This document shows positions 1 through 9,427 of a stretch of 64,000 nucleotides of DNA, in pieces. The translations under genes were made by a program, and so were the position numbers. Numbering within the stretch: the stretch's first letter is position 1; every line of letters starts with the position of its first letter. Origin of the DNA: an uncultured Pelagibacteraceae bacterium (GTDB taxonomy: Bacteria; Pseudomonadota; Alphaproteobacteria; Pelagibacterales; Pelagibacteraceae); NCBI GenBank assembly GCA_902608845.1, contig CACLPR010000001.1, positions 19,375 through 83,374 on the forward strand, given 5' to 3'. The notes under the pieces were generated by a model. The model was not told the origin of the DNA. It searched no databases and worked only from the letters and a program-made list of their open reading frames with translations.

Positions 1-59
1 GATTGATTTATTAAAAGACTACAAGAAAAAAAAATACAACTATTAATTGATATATAATA

Positions 60-962
60 TTAATAGATTGATTTTCTTCCTAATCTTGCAGCACCTCTAA
101 CGCCACTAGCATCTCCGTACTTTGGCTTAAGAAATACACCTTCATACTCTCTACCAGTTACAAATTTTCTTACGATAGTTTCGATTTCACTTAAAAAATC
201 AATTTCATTTGAAACACCCCCGCCAAAAACAAAACAATCGGGATCAAGAATGTTAATTATATTTGCTAAGGACATTGCTAAATTTACTTTAAAATTATCT
301 ATTAAATCTTCAGCATCTAAATCATGCTTTCTATATAAATTAAAAATTTCATTCGTCTTTAAATTTTTTTTGAATTTTTTATTAAATTTTTTTGCTAAAC
401 TTAAGCCTGACATAAAACTCTCAATCTCACCCTCTCTTAGATTGGTAGAATCGAAATTTTCTTTTTTGGAAATTAAATGGTTAATTTGATTGTGTCCCCA
501 TTCACCTGCTACTCCATTTGGTCCACTAACAATTTTTTTGTCTATTACTAAACCACCACCTACCCCAGAGCCAATAATAATTCCATAAACAATTTTATAA
601 TGTTTTCCTGCCCCATCTAAAGCTTCAGACAAAGCAAAGCAATTGGCATCATTTTCACAAAATACCTCCTTACCTAATTCTTTTCTCAGATCATTTTGAA
701 ATGGTTTTTTTTCTAACCAATAACAGTTAGGAGCGTTCTTAACTAATCCTGTTTGAGGTGAATGAATGCCAGGATGACAAACACCAATCGGTAGTTCTTT
801 GTTGAATTCTTTCTCTAACTTTTTGTTAATTTCTTTAATTGTTTTTATAATTTGAAAGTAGTCTTTTGGACAATCAGTTCTCTCACGGTGACTTTCGTTT
901 CCTTTTTCATCTAAAACTACACTTTCAATTTTTGTAGCTCCAACATCAATACCTATTTGCAT
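60..962 (-). CDS. ROK-family sugar kinase (Mak/fructokinase-like)
   Basis: GIDVGATK start, ENDANCFALSE, IIGSGVGGG, GEWGH and C-terminal GDASGVRGAA resemble Mak; the Cys-rich Zn motif is absent. Confidence 0.85.
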   Translation of the reverse strand: MQIGIDVGATKIESVVLDEKGNESHRERTDCPKDYFQIIKTIKEINKKLEKEFNKELPIGVCHPGIHSPQTGLVKNAPNCYWLEKKPFQNDLRKELGKEVFCENDANCFALSEALDGAGKHYKIVYGIIIGSGVGGGLVIDKKIVSGPNGVAGEWGHNQINHLISKKENFDSTNLREGEIESFMSGLSLAKKFNKKFKKNLKTNEIFNLYRKHDLDAEDLIDNFKVNLAMSLANIINILDPDCFVFGGGVSNEIDFLSEIETIVRKFVTGREYEGVFLKPKYGDASGVRGAARLGRKSIY

Positions 963-965
963 AAA

Positions 966-1715
966 TTAATAAGTTGCTCTTCCACCACTCAAATCAAAAA
1001 CAGCAGCTGTTGAAAATGAATTTTCTTCACTTGATAACCAAGTCACAAGGGAAGCTAATTCATTAACTTTTGCAAATTTATTTCTAGGAATTTTAGATAA
1101 CATATAATTTATATGTTCCTCGGTCATTTGATCAAATATTCTTGTTTTTGCTGCTGCTGGAGTAACACAATTAACTGCAATATTTTTTAATGCTAATTCT
1201 TTTCCCAATGACTTTGTTAAACCTATTACTCCTGCTTTAGAAGTGCTGTAAGCACTAGCGTTAGGATTGCCTTCTTTTCCTGCAATTGATGCAATATTTA
1301 CAATTCTTCCATAATTATTCTTTATCATGTAGGGGGTAACTGCTTTACAACAATAAAATACTGCATTTAAATTTAGGTCTATAACCCTCTTCCATTCATC
1401 AAGTGGATAATCAACTACCGTGGTATTTTTTCCTGCAACGCCTGCATTATTGATAAAAATGTCAATTTTTTTGTGTGTTTTTTCGATTTCGGCTAAATTT
1501 TTTTCTATATTCTCATAATTTCCAACATCAACAATTTGGTATGAAACTTTATCTGAATTAATTTTATTGATTGCTGTTTTAATTGCTTCCTCATCAATGT
1601 CCCAAATCACTACACTTGCCCCTGATTCAATAAATCTTTCTGTGATAGCTAAACCAAATCCTTGAGCTCCTCCTGTAACAACTGCAACTCTATTTTTTAA
1701 ATCAAAATTAATCAT
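966..1715 (-). CDS. SDR dehydrogenase, 2-keto-3-deoxy-L-rhamnonate 4-dehydrogenase (LRA5)-like
   Basis: TGGAQGFG, NNAG and YSTSK motifs; AGKEGNPNASAYSTSKAGVIGLTKSLGKELA and FDLSGGRATY match the recalled LRA5 subfamily. Confidence 0.7.
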   Translation of the reverse strand: MINFDLKNRVAVVTGGAQGFGLAITERFIESGASVVIWDIDEEAIKTAINKINSDKVSYQIVDVGNYENIEKNLAEIEKTHKKIDIFINNAGVAGKNTTVVDYPLDEWKRVIDLNLNAVFYCCKAVTPYMIKNNYGRIVNIASIAGKEGNPNASAYSTSKAGVIGLTKSLGKELALKNIAVNCVTPAAAKTRIFDQMTEEHINYMLSKIPRNKFAKVNELASLVTWLSSEENSFSTAAVFDLSGGRATY

Positions 1716-1716
1716 A

Positions 1717-3189
1717 CTATTTTTTTTGTTTTTTTGACCTTAATAAAGGAAAAGCTAATGCAATTAAAGATAAAATAAAAAAGGTTAAAGCTATAGGTCT
1801 TGTTAAAAACATCAGCCAATTTCCATCAAAAATAACTAAAGATTGTCTTAAGGTTCCTTCTACTAATTCTCCTAAAATTAATCCTATAATTACTGGAACA
1901 ACTGAAAAACCAAATCTTCTCATAAAAAATCCAAGCACACCAAAAAATAACATAATCCAAACATCAATTATTGACTGACTTAAAGAATAAGTACCACACA
2001 CAGATACAGCAAATATCATAGGCCATAAAATTTTGTTAGGAACAAGAGTTATTCTTGCAAATAATTTTGCACCAAAAAATCCAAAAATAAAAAATAAAAC
2101 ATTAGCAATTAACATTGCCCCAAAAATTCCATACAAAAAGTCTGGTTGCTCTCTAAATAGATCTGGACCTGGTCTTACACCGTGAATTATAAGCCCAGTT
2201 AATATGACTGCTGTTGTAGCACTTCCAGGTATTCCTAATGCTAACGTTGGAACCATTGCACCACCTGTAGCAGCATTATTTGCTGCCTCAGCACCGGCAA
2301 TACCTTCTATTGACCCTTTTCCAAATTCTTCTGGCTCTTTAGAAAATCTTTTTGCTTCTGAATAACCAATTAAGGATGCTACAGTCCCACCCTCAGCTGG
2401 CAAAACTCCAATAAACGAACCAATACCACTAGATCTAAGAATAGTTTTCCAAGTTTTTTTATAATCATCTAAGGATGGAAGTTTTACCGCTTTTAGTGCA
2501 ACTCTTTTGAAAACTTGATCAAGAAGTGTAGACTGAGTTAACATTTCGCTTATTGCAAATAAACCTACTACAACTGGTATAAATCCTATTCCTACAGAAA
2601 GCTCATTTATACCATAAGTAAATCTATCAATTGAAGTCATAAAATCTTTTCCAATAGTAGAAATTAAAATTCCAAACGCACCAGCGATTAAATTTTTGAT
2701 CGGACTTCCTTCACCAATTGATGCTAGCATTGTTAAACCAAAAATAGCTAACGCAAAATATTCTGGTTGACCAAATTCATAGGCAAGTTGAGCTAAAACA
2801 GGTGCAAAAAATACCAAAACTATTACGCTAAAAATTCCACCCACTGTGCTTGAAACTGTTGCCATACCCAAGGCTCTTCCCGCTTCCCCCTTTTGAGCTA
2901 GGGGATAACCATCTAGACAAGTGGCTGCTGCTGCTGGAGTTCCAGGGGTATTTATTAAAACTGCAGTGATTGCACCGCCGTATGTTCCAGCACAGTAAAT
3001 TGATGTTAAGAGAACTATTGCTGAAAGAGGGTCTAAAGTCATAGTAAATGGTAAAATTAATGCACCACCAGTTGTAGGGCCTAATCCTGGTAGAACGCCT
3101 AAGATCAATCCAAATAAAGTCCCAAAAATTAAAACAATTAACAACTTAGAACTAAACAAAGGTGCCATCATTAATAAAAGATTGTCCAT
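1717..3189 (-). CDS. tctA: Tripartite tricarboxylate transporter large permease TctA
   Basis: GVLPGLG, YGGAITAVLINTPGTP, EAANNA and LGIPGS signatures; polytopic membrane protein. Confidence 0.93.
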   Translation of the reverse strand: MDNLLLMMAPLFSSKLLIVLIFGTLFGLILGVLPGLGPTTGGALILPFTMTLDPLSAIVLLTSIYCAGTYGGAITAVLINTPGTPAAAATCLDGYPLAQKGEAGRALGMATVSSTVGGIFSVIVLVFFAPVLAQLAYEFGQPEYFALAIFGLTMLASIGEGSPIKNLIAGAFGILISTIGKDFMTSIDRFTYGINELSVGIGFIPVVVGLFAISEMLTQSTLLDQVFKRVALKAVKLPSLDDYKKTWKTILRSSGIGSFIGVLPAEGGTVASLIGYSEAKRFSKEPEEFGKGSIEGIAGAEAANNAATGGAMVPTLALGIPGSATTAVILTGLIIHGVRPGPDLFREQPDFLYGIFGAMLIANVLFFIFGFFGAKLFARITLVPNKILWPMIFAVSVCGTYSLSQSIIDVWIMLFFGVLGFFMRRFGFSVVPVIIGLILGELVEGTLRQSLVIFDGNWLMFLTRPIALTFFILSLIALAFPLLRSKKQKK

Positions 3190-3190
3190 A

Positions 3191-3697
3191 CTAGTAATAA
3201 TAAAGGTTTGTAATTATTCCTGGAGGAAATCTAAGTCCCAATATCATTTCAAAAAATATGAAAACTACTAATGGAAACAAAATTCCAACTAATAATAAAT
3301 AAAAAATTCTCTTTTCACCCCAATTGTATGAAACAAATATTGAGAGTACTGATATAGCTAAGAAAAAGTCTAATGTTTTAGAAATTATAATAAATAAAAT
3401 AAAACTTAAGATTGTTAAAAAAAATGGTTTTGGAAGTTTTTTTTCTTTTTTCCAAGGATTTTTGAATGAAAGATAATAAATAACTGCAGTTAAAAACATT
3501 ATCAATACTAACAATCCTTTTGGGAAAGTAGCAGGTTGTATGCCTCTATTTAAAATTGGAGGAACCTTATCAAATGTAAAAGTAGTTACTAATAATATTG
3601 TCGAAACAAATATAATTACAAAAAAAACTTTAAATTCATCTTTAAAAAAAAAGGGCAAACTTTTGTTTGCCCTTTTTTTATTTCGTACATTATTCAT
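3191..3697 (-). CDS. tctB: Tripartite tricarboxylate transporter small permease TctB
   Basis: About four TM segments, PATFP motif, C-terminal LGLRFPPG; lies between tctC and tctA. Confidence 0.85.
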   Translation of the reverse strand: MNNVRNKKRANKSLPFFFKDEFKVFFVIIFVSTILLVTTFTFDKVPPILNRGIQPATFPKGLLVLIMFLTAVIYYLSFKNPWKKEKKLPKPFFLTILSFILFIIISKTLDFFLAISVLSIFVSYNWGEKRIFYLLLVGILFPLVVFIFFEMILGLRFPPGIITNLYYY

Positions 3698-3717
3698 AAA
3701 AATGTACTTTCTTATGA

Positions 3718-4692
3718 CTAATTAATGTAACCCAAAGCTTTAAGTTGAGCAGTCATCTCTGCAAGCATGACTTCCATTTGCTTGCCCCACTCATCAGCTC
3801 CAACAACACTAGTTGAATCAAGGCCAATATCAGTTAAAAAACTTTGGAAATATTTATGTTCCATTGCTTTAATCATTGCATCTTCAAGTTGTTTTTTTCT
3901 ATCGCCTGGAACACCTTTTCTTGTTACAAAACCTCTAACTGTTGAAAGCACAACTGGAATTCCTAACTCAGTAGCAGTAGGAACATTACTTAATTTTTCC
4001 ATTCTGTTACTAGCAAGTACAACTGAAACACACAATGTACCATCTTCAATTTCTGTTACAGCTTCTCCCAAGTTTAAAACACCTACATCAATATCTCCTT
4101 TGATAAGATTAGTTTTAATAGGACCAACACCTTTATAAGGAACAATTGTTGGGTCTGTTAATTTTCCTTTTTTTGTAAAAGCGATAGCACTTACATCATC
4201 AATACCACCAACGTGAGTAGTACCATATTTTAATGATTTTGATTTTTGAGCGCTAATAAATTTTTTAGCATCTTTAATATCATTTTTACAATTTACGACA
4301 AATAATTGAGGATCATCAGTTCCTCTAGCAAGTGGTTGCATATCACTTAATTTAACTTTTGTTTTTCCTAATGCCATAGAAACAGCATGTCCTGTAGTCC
4401 AAGTTAAAGTATGTTGACCATCTGCTGGTAAAGTCATCATGTAATCCATAGATGCAGCTCCACCACCACCCTTCTTGTTAACTAATTGCATATCTTGTTT
4501 TAGATACCTTCTAGTTCTTAACAACATCATTCTAGTAGTTACGTCTGTACCACCACCAAAACCAGCGTGTGTAATAGCTTGAATTGGGTGACCATCTGCT
4601 TTTGCAGAAGTAATCATAAGTGGAAGTGCAACAACAAAAAATTCAGTTACCAAAAATGCGGCAGCTAAAAATAATTTAAAACTTTTTTTCAT
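3718..4692 (-). CDS. tctC: Tripartite tricarboxylate transporter substrate-binding protein TctC/Bug
   Basis: Signal peptide; GGGTD, NKKGGGG, PADG, VPYKG and VPTATELG motifs; RBS-like AGAGGG upstream. Confidence 0.88.
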   Translation of the reverse strand: MKKSFKLFLAAAFLVTEFFVVALPLMITSAKADGHPIQAITHAGFGGGTDVTTRMMLLRTRRYLKQDMQLVNKKGGGGAASMDYMMTLPADGQHTLTWTTGHAVSMALGKTKVKLSDMQPLARGTDDPQLFVVNCKNDIKDAKKFISAQKSKSLKYGTTHVGGIDDVSAIAFTKKGKLTDPTIVPYKGVGPIKTNLIKGDIDVGVLNLGEAVTEIEDGTLCVSVVLASNRMEKLSNVPTATELGIPVVLSTVRGFVTRKGVPGDRKKQLEDAMIKAMEHKYFQSFLTDIGLDSTSVVGADEWGKQMEVMLAEMTAQLKALGYIN

Positions 4693-4763
4693 TATTTCCC
4701 TCTTTTTAGTTAATTTATATTTAAATATATAAACATAATCTGATACATAGCGTAAAGTAAAAA

Positions 4764-5759
4764 ATGGCTCAAAATAAAATTAACATAGCAGTTCTTTTAG
4801 GGGACCCTTCTGGTATAGGTCCCGAATTGGTCTCAAAACTATTGTCAGAGGAAATCACTAACAAGGCTAATTTAATTATCATAGGTGAAAAAAATATATT
4901 AGAAAGTGGAAATAAAATTTCAGGCAAATCACAAAATCTAAATTTTGTAGAAGATTTCAATAATATTGATTTTGCGAAGGGTAATAAATTTTTTCTAGAT
5001 ATCTCTAATGGTAAAAATCATAATTATAAATTATCTGAGTGCTCTAAAGAGGCGGGAGAAAGCGTCTTAGCTTCGCTAAATTTAGCTTTAGATCTTGCTA
5101 AAGAAAATAAAATTCATGCAATAAACTTTGGACCTTTTAATAAAACAAGTCTTAAACTTGGAGGAAATAAATATTCTGATGAATTACATTTAATGGCTGA
5201 AAAGTTAGAGGTTAAAAATTTTTTTTGTGAATTTAATGTTATTGATAATTTTTGGACAGCAAGGGTATCATCACATATTCCAATAAAAGAAGTTCCAGAA
5301 CATGTAAAAAAAGAAAAAATTATTAAGCCAATTAAACTTATAAATGAAGCTATGAAATTAAATGGTATTAAAAGTCCAAGAGTAGCAGTTCAAGCACTGA
5401 ATCCTCATGCTGAATTTGGAACTGAGGAAAAAGAAGAAATTATACCCGCAATAGAAGAGGCAAAAAAACTAGGTATTAATGCTGATGGACCTTTGCCGTG
5501 TGATACTTCTTTTATTACTGCTTATAAAGATGGAAATCATGATTGTATTGTTGGTATGTATCATGATGCTTTACAATCAGGTTTAAAAGCATTTGGATTT
5601 GATCGAGGAGTAACCGTTCAAGGAGGTTTACCTTTACCTATTACCACTCCTGCTCACGGTACAGCGTTTGATATTGCAGGTAAAAATGTGGCAAACTTAG
5701 AACCTACTTTGAATTCATTTAAAATTGCATTAACAATGGCAGAAAATAAAAACAATTAA
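4764..5759 (+). CDS. PdxA-family oxidative decarboxylase, probable 2-carboxy-L-lyxonate decarboxylase (ClxD-like)
   Basis: GDPSGIGPE, LNPHA, MYHD and TTPAHGTAFDIAG; the DELH...FCEFNV...WTARVSSH block recalls the catabolic PdxA2 subfamily found beside lyxD; abuts the dehydratase gene. Confidence 0.7.
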   Translation: MAQNKINIAVLLGDPSGIGPELVSKLLSEEITNKANLIIIGEKNILESGNKISGKSQNLNFVEDFNNIDFAKGNKFFLDISNGKNHNYKLSECSKEAGESVLASLNLALDLAKENKIHAINFGPFNKTSLKLGGNKYSDELHLMAEKLEVKNFFCEFNVIDNFWTARVSSHIPIKEVPEHVKKEKIIKPIKLINEAMKLNGIKSPRVAVQALNPHAEFGTEEKEEIIPAIEEAKKLGINADGPLPCDTSFITAYKDGNHDCIVGMYHDALQSGLKAFGFDRGVTVQGGLPLPITTPAHGTAFDIAGKNVANLEPTLNSFKIALTMAENKNN

Positions 5760-6935
5760 ATGTCTAAAATAAAAAGTATTCGTACCAAGGTATATCAATG
5801 GAATGGTAAAACAGTTCCTCCACAAAACAATTTTTGCACAAATGCATCAGACCTTTTGTTTGAAAAATCAGATGCTATGGGCTCTTTTAGGTTTCATGAA
5901 TGGTTAATATGTGAAATTGAAACAGACGATGGTACAGTTGGAATTGGAAACGCAGCACTCGCACCACAATTAGTGAAAAAAACAATCGATACTTATTTAA
6001 CTCCTTTAGTAATAGGTGAAGATCCTTTTGATTATTCTTATATATGGGAAAAAATGTATAGAAGAACGCATGCGTGGGGAAGAAGAGGATTGGGAATGGT
6101 AGCTATTTCTGCAATTGATATTGCACTCTGGGATATAATGGGAAAGATTACAAATAAACCTGTATTTAAATTATTAGGTGGGAGAACAAAAGAAAAAATT
6201 CCTGTTTACGCATCTAAACTTTACAGCCAACCAATCAACGACTTGCAAAAAGAAGCTGAAAGCTATGTTAAGCAAGGTTTTAAAATGTTTAAAATGAGAT
6301 TTGGATGGGGGCCAAAAGATGGACCTGATGGTATGAAAAAAAATATTGAGCTAGCTGAAGCAGTTAGAGAAGTTATTGGATATGATACCGACCTAATGAT
6401 GGAATGTTATATGGGTTGGAACTTAGATTATACAAAAAGGATGATCCCTAAATTAGTAAAATTTAACCCTAGATGGTTGGAGGAACCTGTAATAGCAGAT
6501 GATATTCATGGCTATGCAGAATTAAATAATATGAATGCAATTCCAATTTCTGGTGGAGAACATGAATTCAACTTATTTGGATTTAAACACTTATTGGATA
6601 TTAAAGCAGTCAGCTATATTCAATATGACAATAATAGAGTTGGTGGATTTACAATTGCAAATAAAATAAATGCATTGGCAGAAGCTTATCAAGTGCCAGT
6701 TATTCCTCATGCTGGTCAAATGCATAATTATCATTTAACAATGTCAAATTTTAATTGTCCAATATCTGAATTTTTTCCAGTCCATGACGTAGAAATTGGC
6801 AATGAATTATTTTATTACATTTTTGAAGGTGATCCTGCCCCTAAAAATGGATATATAAATTTAGATGATAACAAACCCGGTCTAGGTTTAACAATTACTG
6901 ATAAATTTAAGTCTGATTTCAAAATAATAGAATAA
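5760..6935 (+). CDS. lyxD: Mandelate racemase/enolase-superfamily sugar-acid dehydratase, L-lyxonate dehydratase-like
   Basis: [43 protein letters not shown] and [10 protein letters not shown] closely match the recalled Labrenzia L-lyxonate dehydratase. Confidence 0.78.
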   Translation: MSKIKSIRTKVYQWNGKTVPPQNNFCTNASDLLFEKSDAMGSFRFHEWLICEIETDDGTVGIGNAALAPQLVKKTIDTYLTPLVIGEDPFDYSYIWEKMYRRTHAWGRRGLGMVAISAIDIALWDIMGKITNKPVFKLLGGRTKEKIPVYASKLYSQPINDLQKEAESYVKQGFKMFKMRFGWGPKDGPDGMKKNIELAEAVREVIGYDTDLMMECYMGWNLDYTKRMIPKLVKFNPRWLEEPVIADDIHGYAELNNMNAIPISGGEHEFNLFGFKHLLDIKAVSYIQYDNNRVGGFTIANKINALAEAYQVPVIPHAGQMHNYHLTMSNFNCPISEFFPVHDVEIGNELFYYIFEGDPAPKNGYINLDDNKPGLGLTITDKFKSDFKIIE

Positions 6936-7850
6936 CTAATAAGCTTCTACTTCATCAAGTTTTGGCATTGCATTAGCTGCGCCTGCTTTTGTTGTGGAAA
7001 TTGCAGCTACTTTATTTGAAAATTCTAGAGCATCTTTAATTTTTAATTTATTGGATAAAGCATATGCAAACGCTCCGTTAAAGGCATCGCCTGCTCCAGT
7101 TGTATCTATAACTTTATCCTTTAAACTATAAACATCTATAAAAAAACTCTCCTCAGAGTTTGCAAAGTAGAGGCCTTTTGGACCTAATGTAATGATAATA
7201 TTTTTTACTCCTTTTTCTAAAAAAGTTTTTGCAGACTCTTCAATTTCTGTTTTATTCTCAACCTTTTTACCTAAATAAAAACTTGCTTCAGTTTCATTAG
7301 GAGTAAAATAATCAATACATTTAAAATCACTTTCTTTTATGTCTGATGCAGGTGCCGGATTAAAAATTGTAATAGATCCTGTCTCTTTTGCTCTATTGAG
7401 GGCATAACTAGTTACTTCATTAGGTGTTTCTAATTGAGTTAAAAAAATTTCTGATTTTTTTATAAACTCAATATTGTTATCAATATCTTCATTAGATATA
7501 GAACCAGCAGCTCCAGGTACAATATTAATTGCATTATCCCCTGTTTTTTCATTTATCATTATACCTGCAACACCTGTTGACTGATTTGGATCTTTAATTA
7601 TTGAATCTGTATTAATTCCAGCCTCCTCATACAACTTAAGAGCCATCTTGGCATTTTGATCATCTCCTATCTTAGTTATAAAATTTACATTTCCGCCAAG
7701 TCTTGCAGCAGCGATAGCTTGGTTTGACCCTTTTCCACCTGGACCAACTATATGATTTTTACCTAAAACTGTTTCACCCTTGATTGGAATTTTGTCAGCA
7801 AAAAAACAAAGATCAGCTACAAATACTCCAAATATACATATTGAGCTCAT
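6936..7850 (-). CDS. rbsK: Ribokinase (PfkB family)
   Basis: GGKGSNQA, NPAPA, PNETE and DTTGAGDAF motifs. Confidence 0.82.
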   Translation of the reverse strand: MSSICIFGVFVADLCFFADKIPIKGETVLGKNHIVGPGGKGSNQAIAAARLGGNVNFITKIGDDQNAKMALKLYEEAGINTDSIIKDPNQSTGVAGIMINEKTGDNAINIVPGAAGSISNEDIDNNIEFIKKSEIFLTQLETPNEVTSYALNRAKETGSITIFNPAPASDIKESDFKCIDYFTPNETEASFYLGKKVENKTEIEESAKTFLEKGVKNIIITLGPKGLYFANSEESFFIDVYSLKDKVIDTTGAGDAFNGAFAYALSNKLKIKDALEFSNKVAAISTTKAGAANAMPKLDEVEAY

Positions 7851-8314
7851 TATTTATCAAGAACCCAAACACTACCATCTGGTTTAATTACTCCCTTAGT
7901 TAATATAAAACACCCATACGGTCTCATTTCTGAGGTTGATACTATTAATTGAGATTTTTTTGCCTCTTTATAAAATTCTTGTCTTTCAATTGAACCTATC
8001 TTCCAATTTTCTCCAGAAGTTTCTTTTACAGCTTTAATAAAATCTTTATGACAATCAGTTAATTCATCAGGTTTGTTATCAACCTGCATTCTGTTTGCAG
8101 CTGAATCAATGAAACTATCTAATGGAAAAACAGAAAGAATAGCCTTTGTGGCTTCATAAATATCTACTCCATCTAGTCTAATTACTTTATTATTTAAAGA
8201 GTGAGAATATGCTGGAAAATTAGCATCAGTTAAAACAAGTTTATCGCCATGACCCATTGCCCTTAACTGATAAAGGAGCTCAGGGCTTAAAATTGGATTA
8301 ATTTTAATTAGCAT
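7850..8314 (-). CDS. RbsD/FucU-family mutarotase/pyranase
   Basis: LSPELL..L..MGHGD.LVLTDANFP and PYGCFILTKGV. Confidence 0.88.
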   Translation of the reverse strand: MLIKINPILSPELLYQLRAMGHGDKLVLTDANFPAYSHSLNNKVIRLDGVDIYEATKAILSVFPLDSFIDSAANRMQVDNKPDELTDCHKDFIKAVKETSGENWKIGSIERQEFYKEAKKSQLIVSTSEMRPYGCFILTKGVIKPDGSVWVLDK

Positions 8315-8335
8315 TTTGCAACTATAATATATAAA

Positions 8336-8368
8336 AAAAAAGGGTGAAATAAAATTTCACCCTTTTTT
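8336..8368. terminator. Intrinsic terminator hairpin downstream of the sugar-binding protein gene
   Basis: Perfect stem AGGGTGAAAT-aaa-ATTTCACCCT flanked by an A run and a T run. Confidence 0.8.
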
Positions 8369-8386
8369 ATTTAATTTTTCTAAAGA

Positions 8387-9319
8387 TTATTTAAAATCGT
8401 TAGCGTTTTCTGTTGTTACTAATTGTGTACCAGTATCAATATTAGGATCAATACTTCCACCGTTAGCTAGCTCAAGAGCATATTTAACTCCATATGCGCC
8501 CATGTTGTATGAGAACTGAGCTATTGTTGCAGTCATCTCTCCTTTTAGGATGCTTGTAGCTGCATCTGGAGTAGCATCAAAACCAACAACGATCACATCA
8601 TTCATATCAGCATCTTTTAATGCTTGCATTGCACCTAATCCCATATTGTCATTAGAAGCAAAAATCGCTTTGATATTAGGATTTTTCAAAATGATTGACT
8701 CAGTAACTGATCTACCTTTTGCAGTATCCCACTCAGCTGTTTGAGTAGCAACAAGGTTCAAACCACAGTTTTTAAATCCTTTGATTGCACCATCTCTTCT
8801 TAGTAATGCAGTTGATTGAGACTCAATTCCAGTAAGAATTGCAACATCAGATCCTTTTGGAGTTTTATCACAAATAAATTTTGCAGCTAATTCTGCACCG
8901 TTCATATTATTTGTCCCAATGAAAGTTACACCTTCATTAATTCCTTTTGTATCAACAAATACAACTGGAACACCACTTTTAATAGCATCGTCTACAATTG
9001 GTGCAAAAGCGTTTGGATCTCCTGGTGCAAGTGCAAGTGCATCAACACCTTTTGCAAGTTGGTCCTCAACTTGGTTTATCTGAGCTTGTACATCACCTTC
9101 TTGTGGAGGAGCAATTAAAATTAATTTTACTCCTAATTTTTTTGCCTCTTCTTCAGCACCTTTTGTAACAGAAGCCCAGAATGGGTTTCCAGAACCAGGT
9201 CCTTTAATACTGAATAAGATTTTTTTACCATGTCCGTCAGCAAAAGATACTGACCCCATGCTAATCAATAAAAAAATCGCTGAAATGAAAACAACAATTT
9301 TTCTGTTTAGTTCTCTCAT
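8387..9319 (-). CDS. Sugar ABC transporter periplasmic binding protein (RbsB-like)
   Basis: Signal peptide; NPFW, GVPVVFVD, IFASNDNMGLGA, VVGFDA and ATIAQ motifs. Confidence 0.9.
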   Translation of the reverse strand: MRELNRKIVVFISAIFLLISMGSVSFADGHGKKILFSIKGPGSGNPFWASVTKGAEEEAKKLGVKLILIAPPQEGDVQAQINQVEDQLAKGVDALALAPGDPNAFAPIVDDAIKSGVPVVFVDTKGINEGVTFIGTNNMNGAELAAKFICDKTPKGSDVAILTGIESQSTALLRRDGAIKGFKNCGLNLVATQTAEWDTAKGRSVTESIILKNPNIKAIFASNDNMGLGAMQALKDADMNDVIVVGFDATPDAATSILKGEMTATIAQFSYNMGAYGVKYALELANGGSIDPNIDTGTQLVTTENANDFK

Positions 9320-9427
9320 ATTTTTACCCCTTTAATAATTATTAAAAATTAATTTAATTAAATTTTTAAAAAAAATTCAACTGTTTATAAAAGACAATCA
9401 AATTTACAATTACAACTATTAAGTGTG

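Noticed and set aside
2-46. Possible 3' end of a + strand gene (IDLLKDYKKKKYNY*)
   Set aside because: Too short to identify or support
4764-5759. Calling this the vitamin B6 biosynthetic pdxA
   Set aside because: It has catabolic-subfamily sequence features and context; the housekeeping pdxA normally follows surA, beyond the window end
9342-9369. AT-only inverted repeat upstream of the SBP gene as an operator
   Set aside because: Composed only of A and T in a very AT-rich genome, so expected by chance; no regulator nearby
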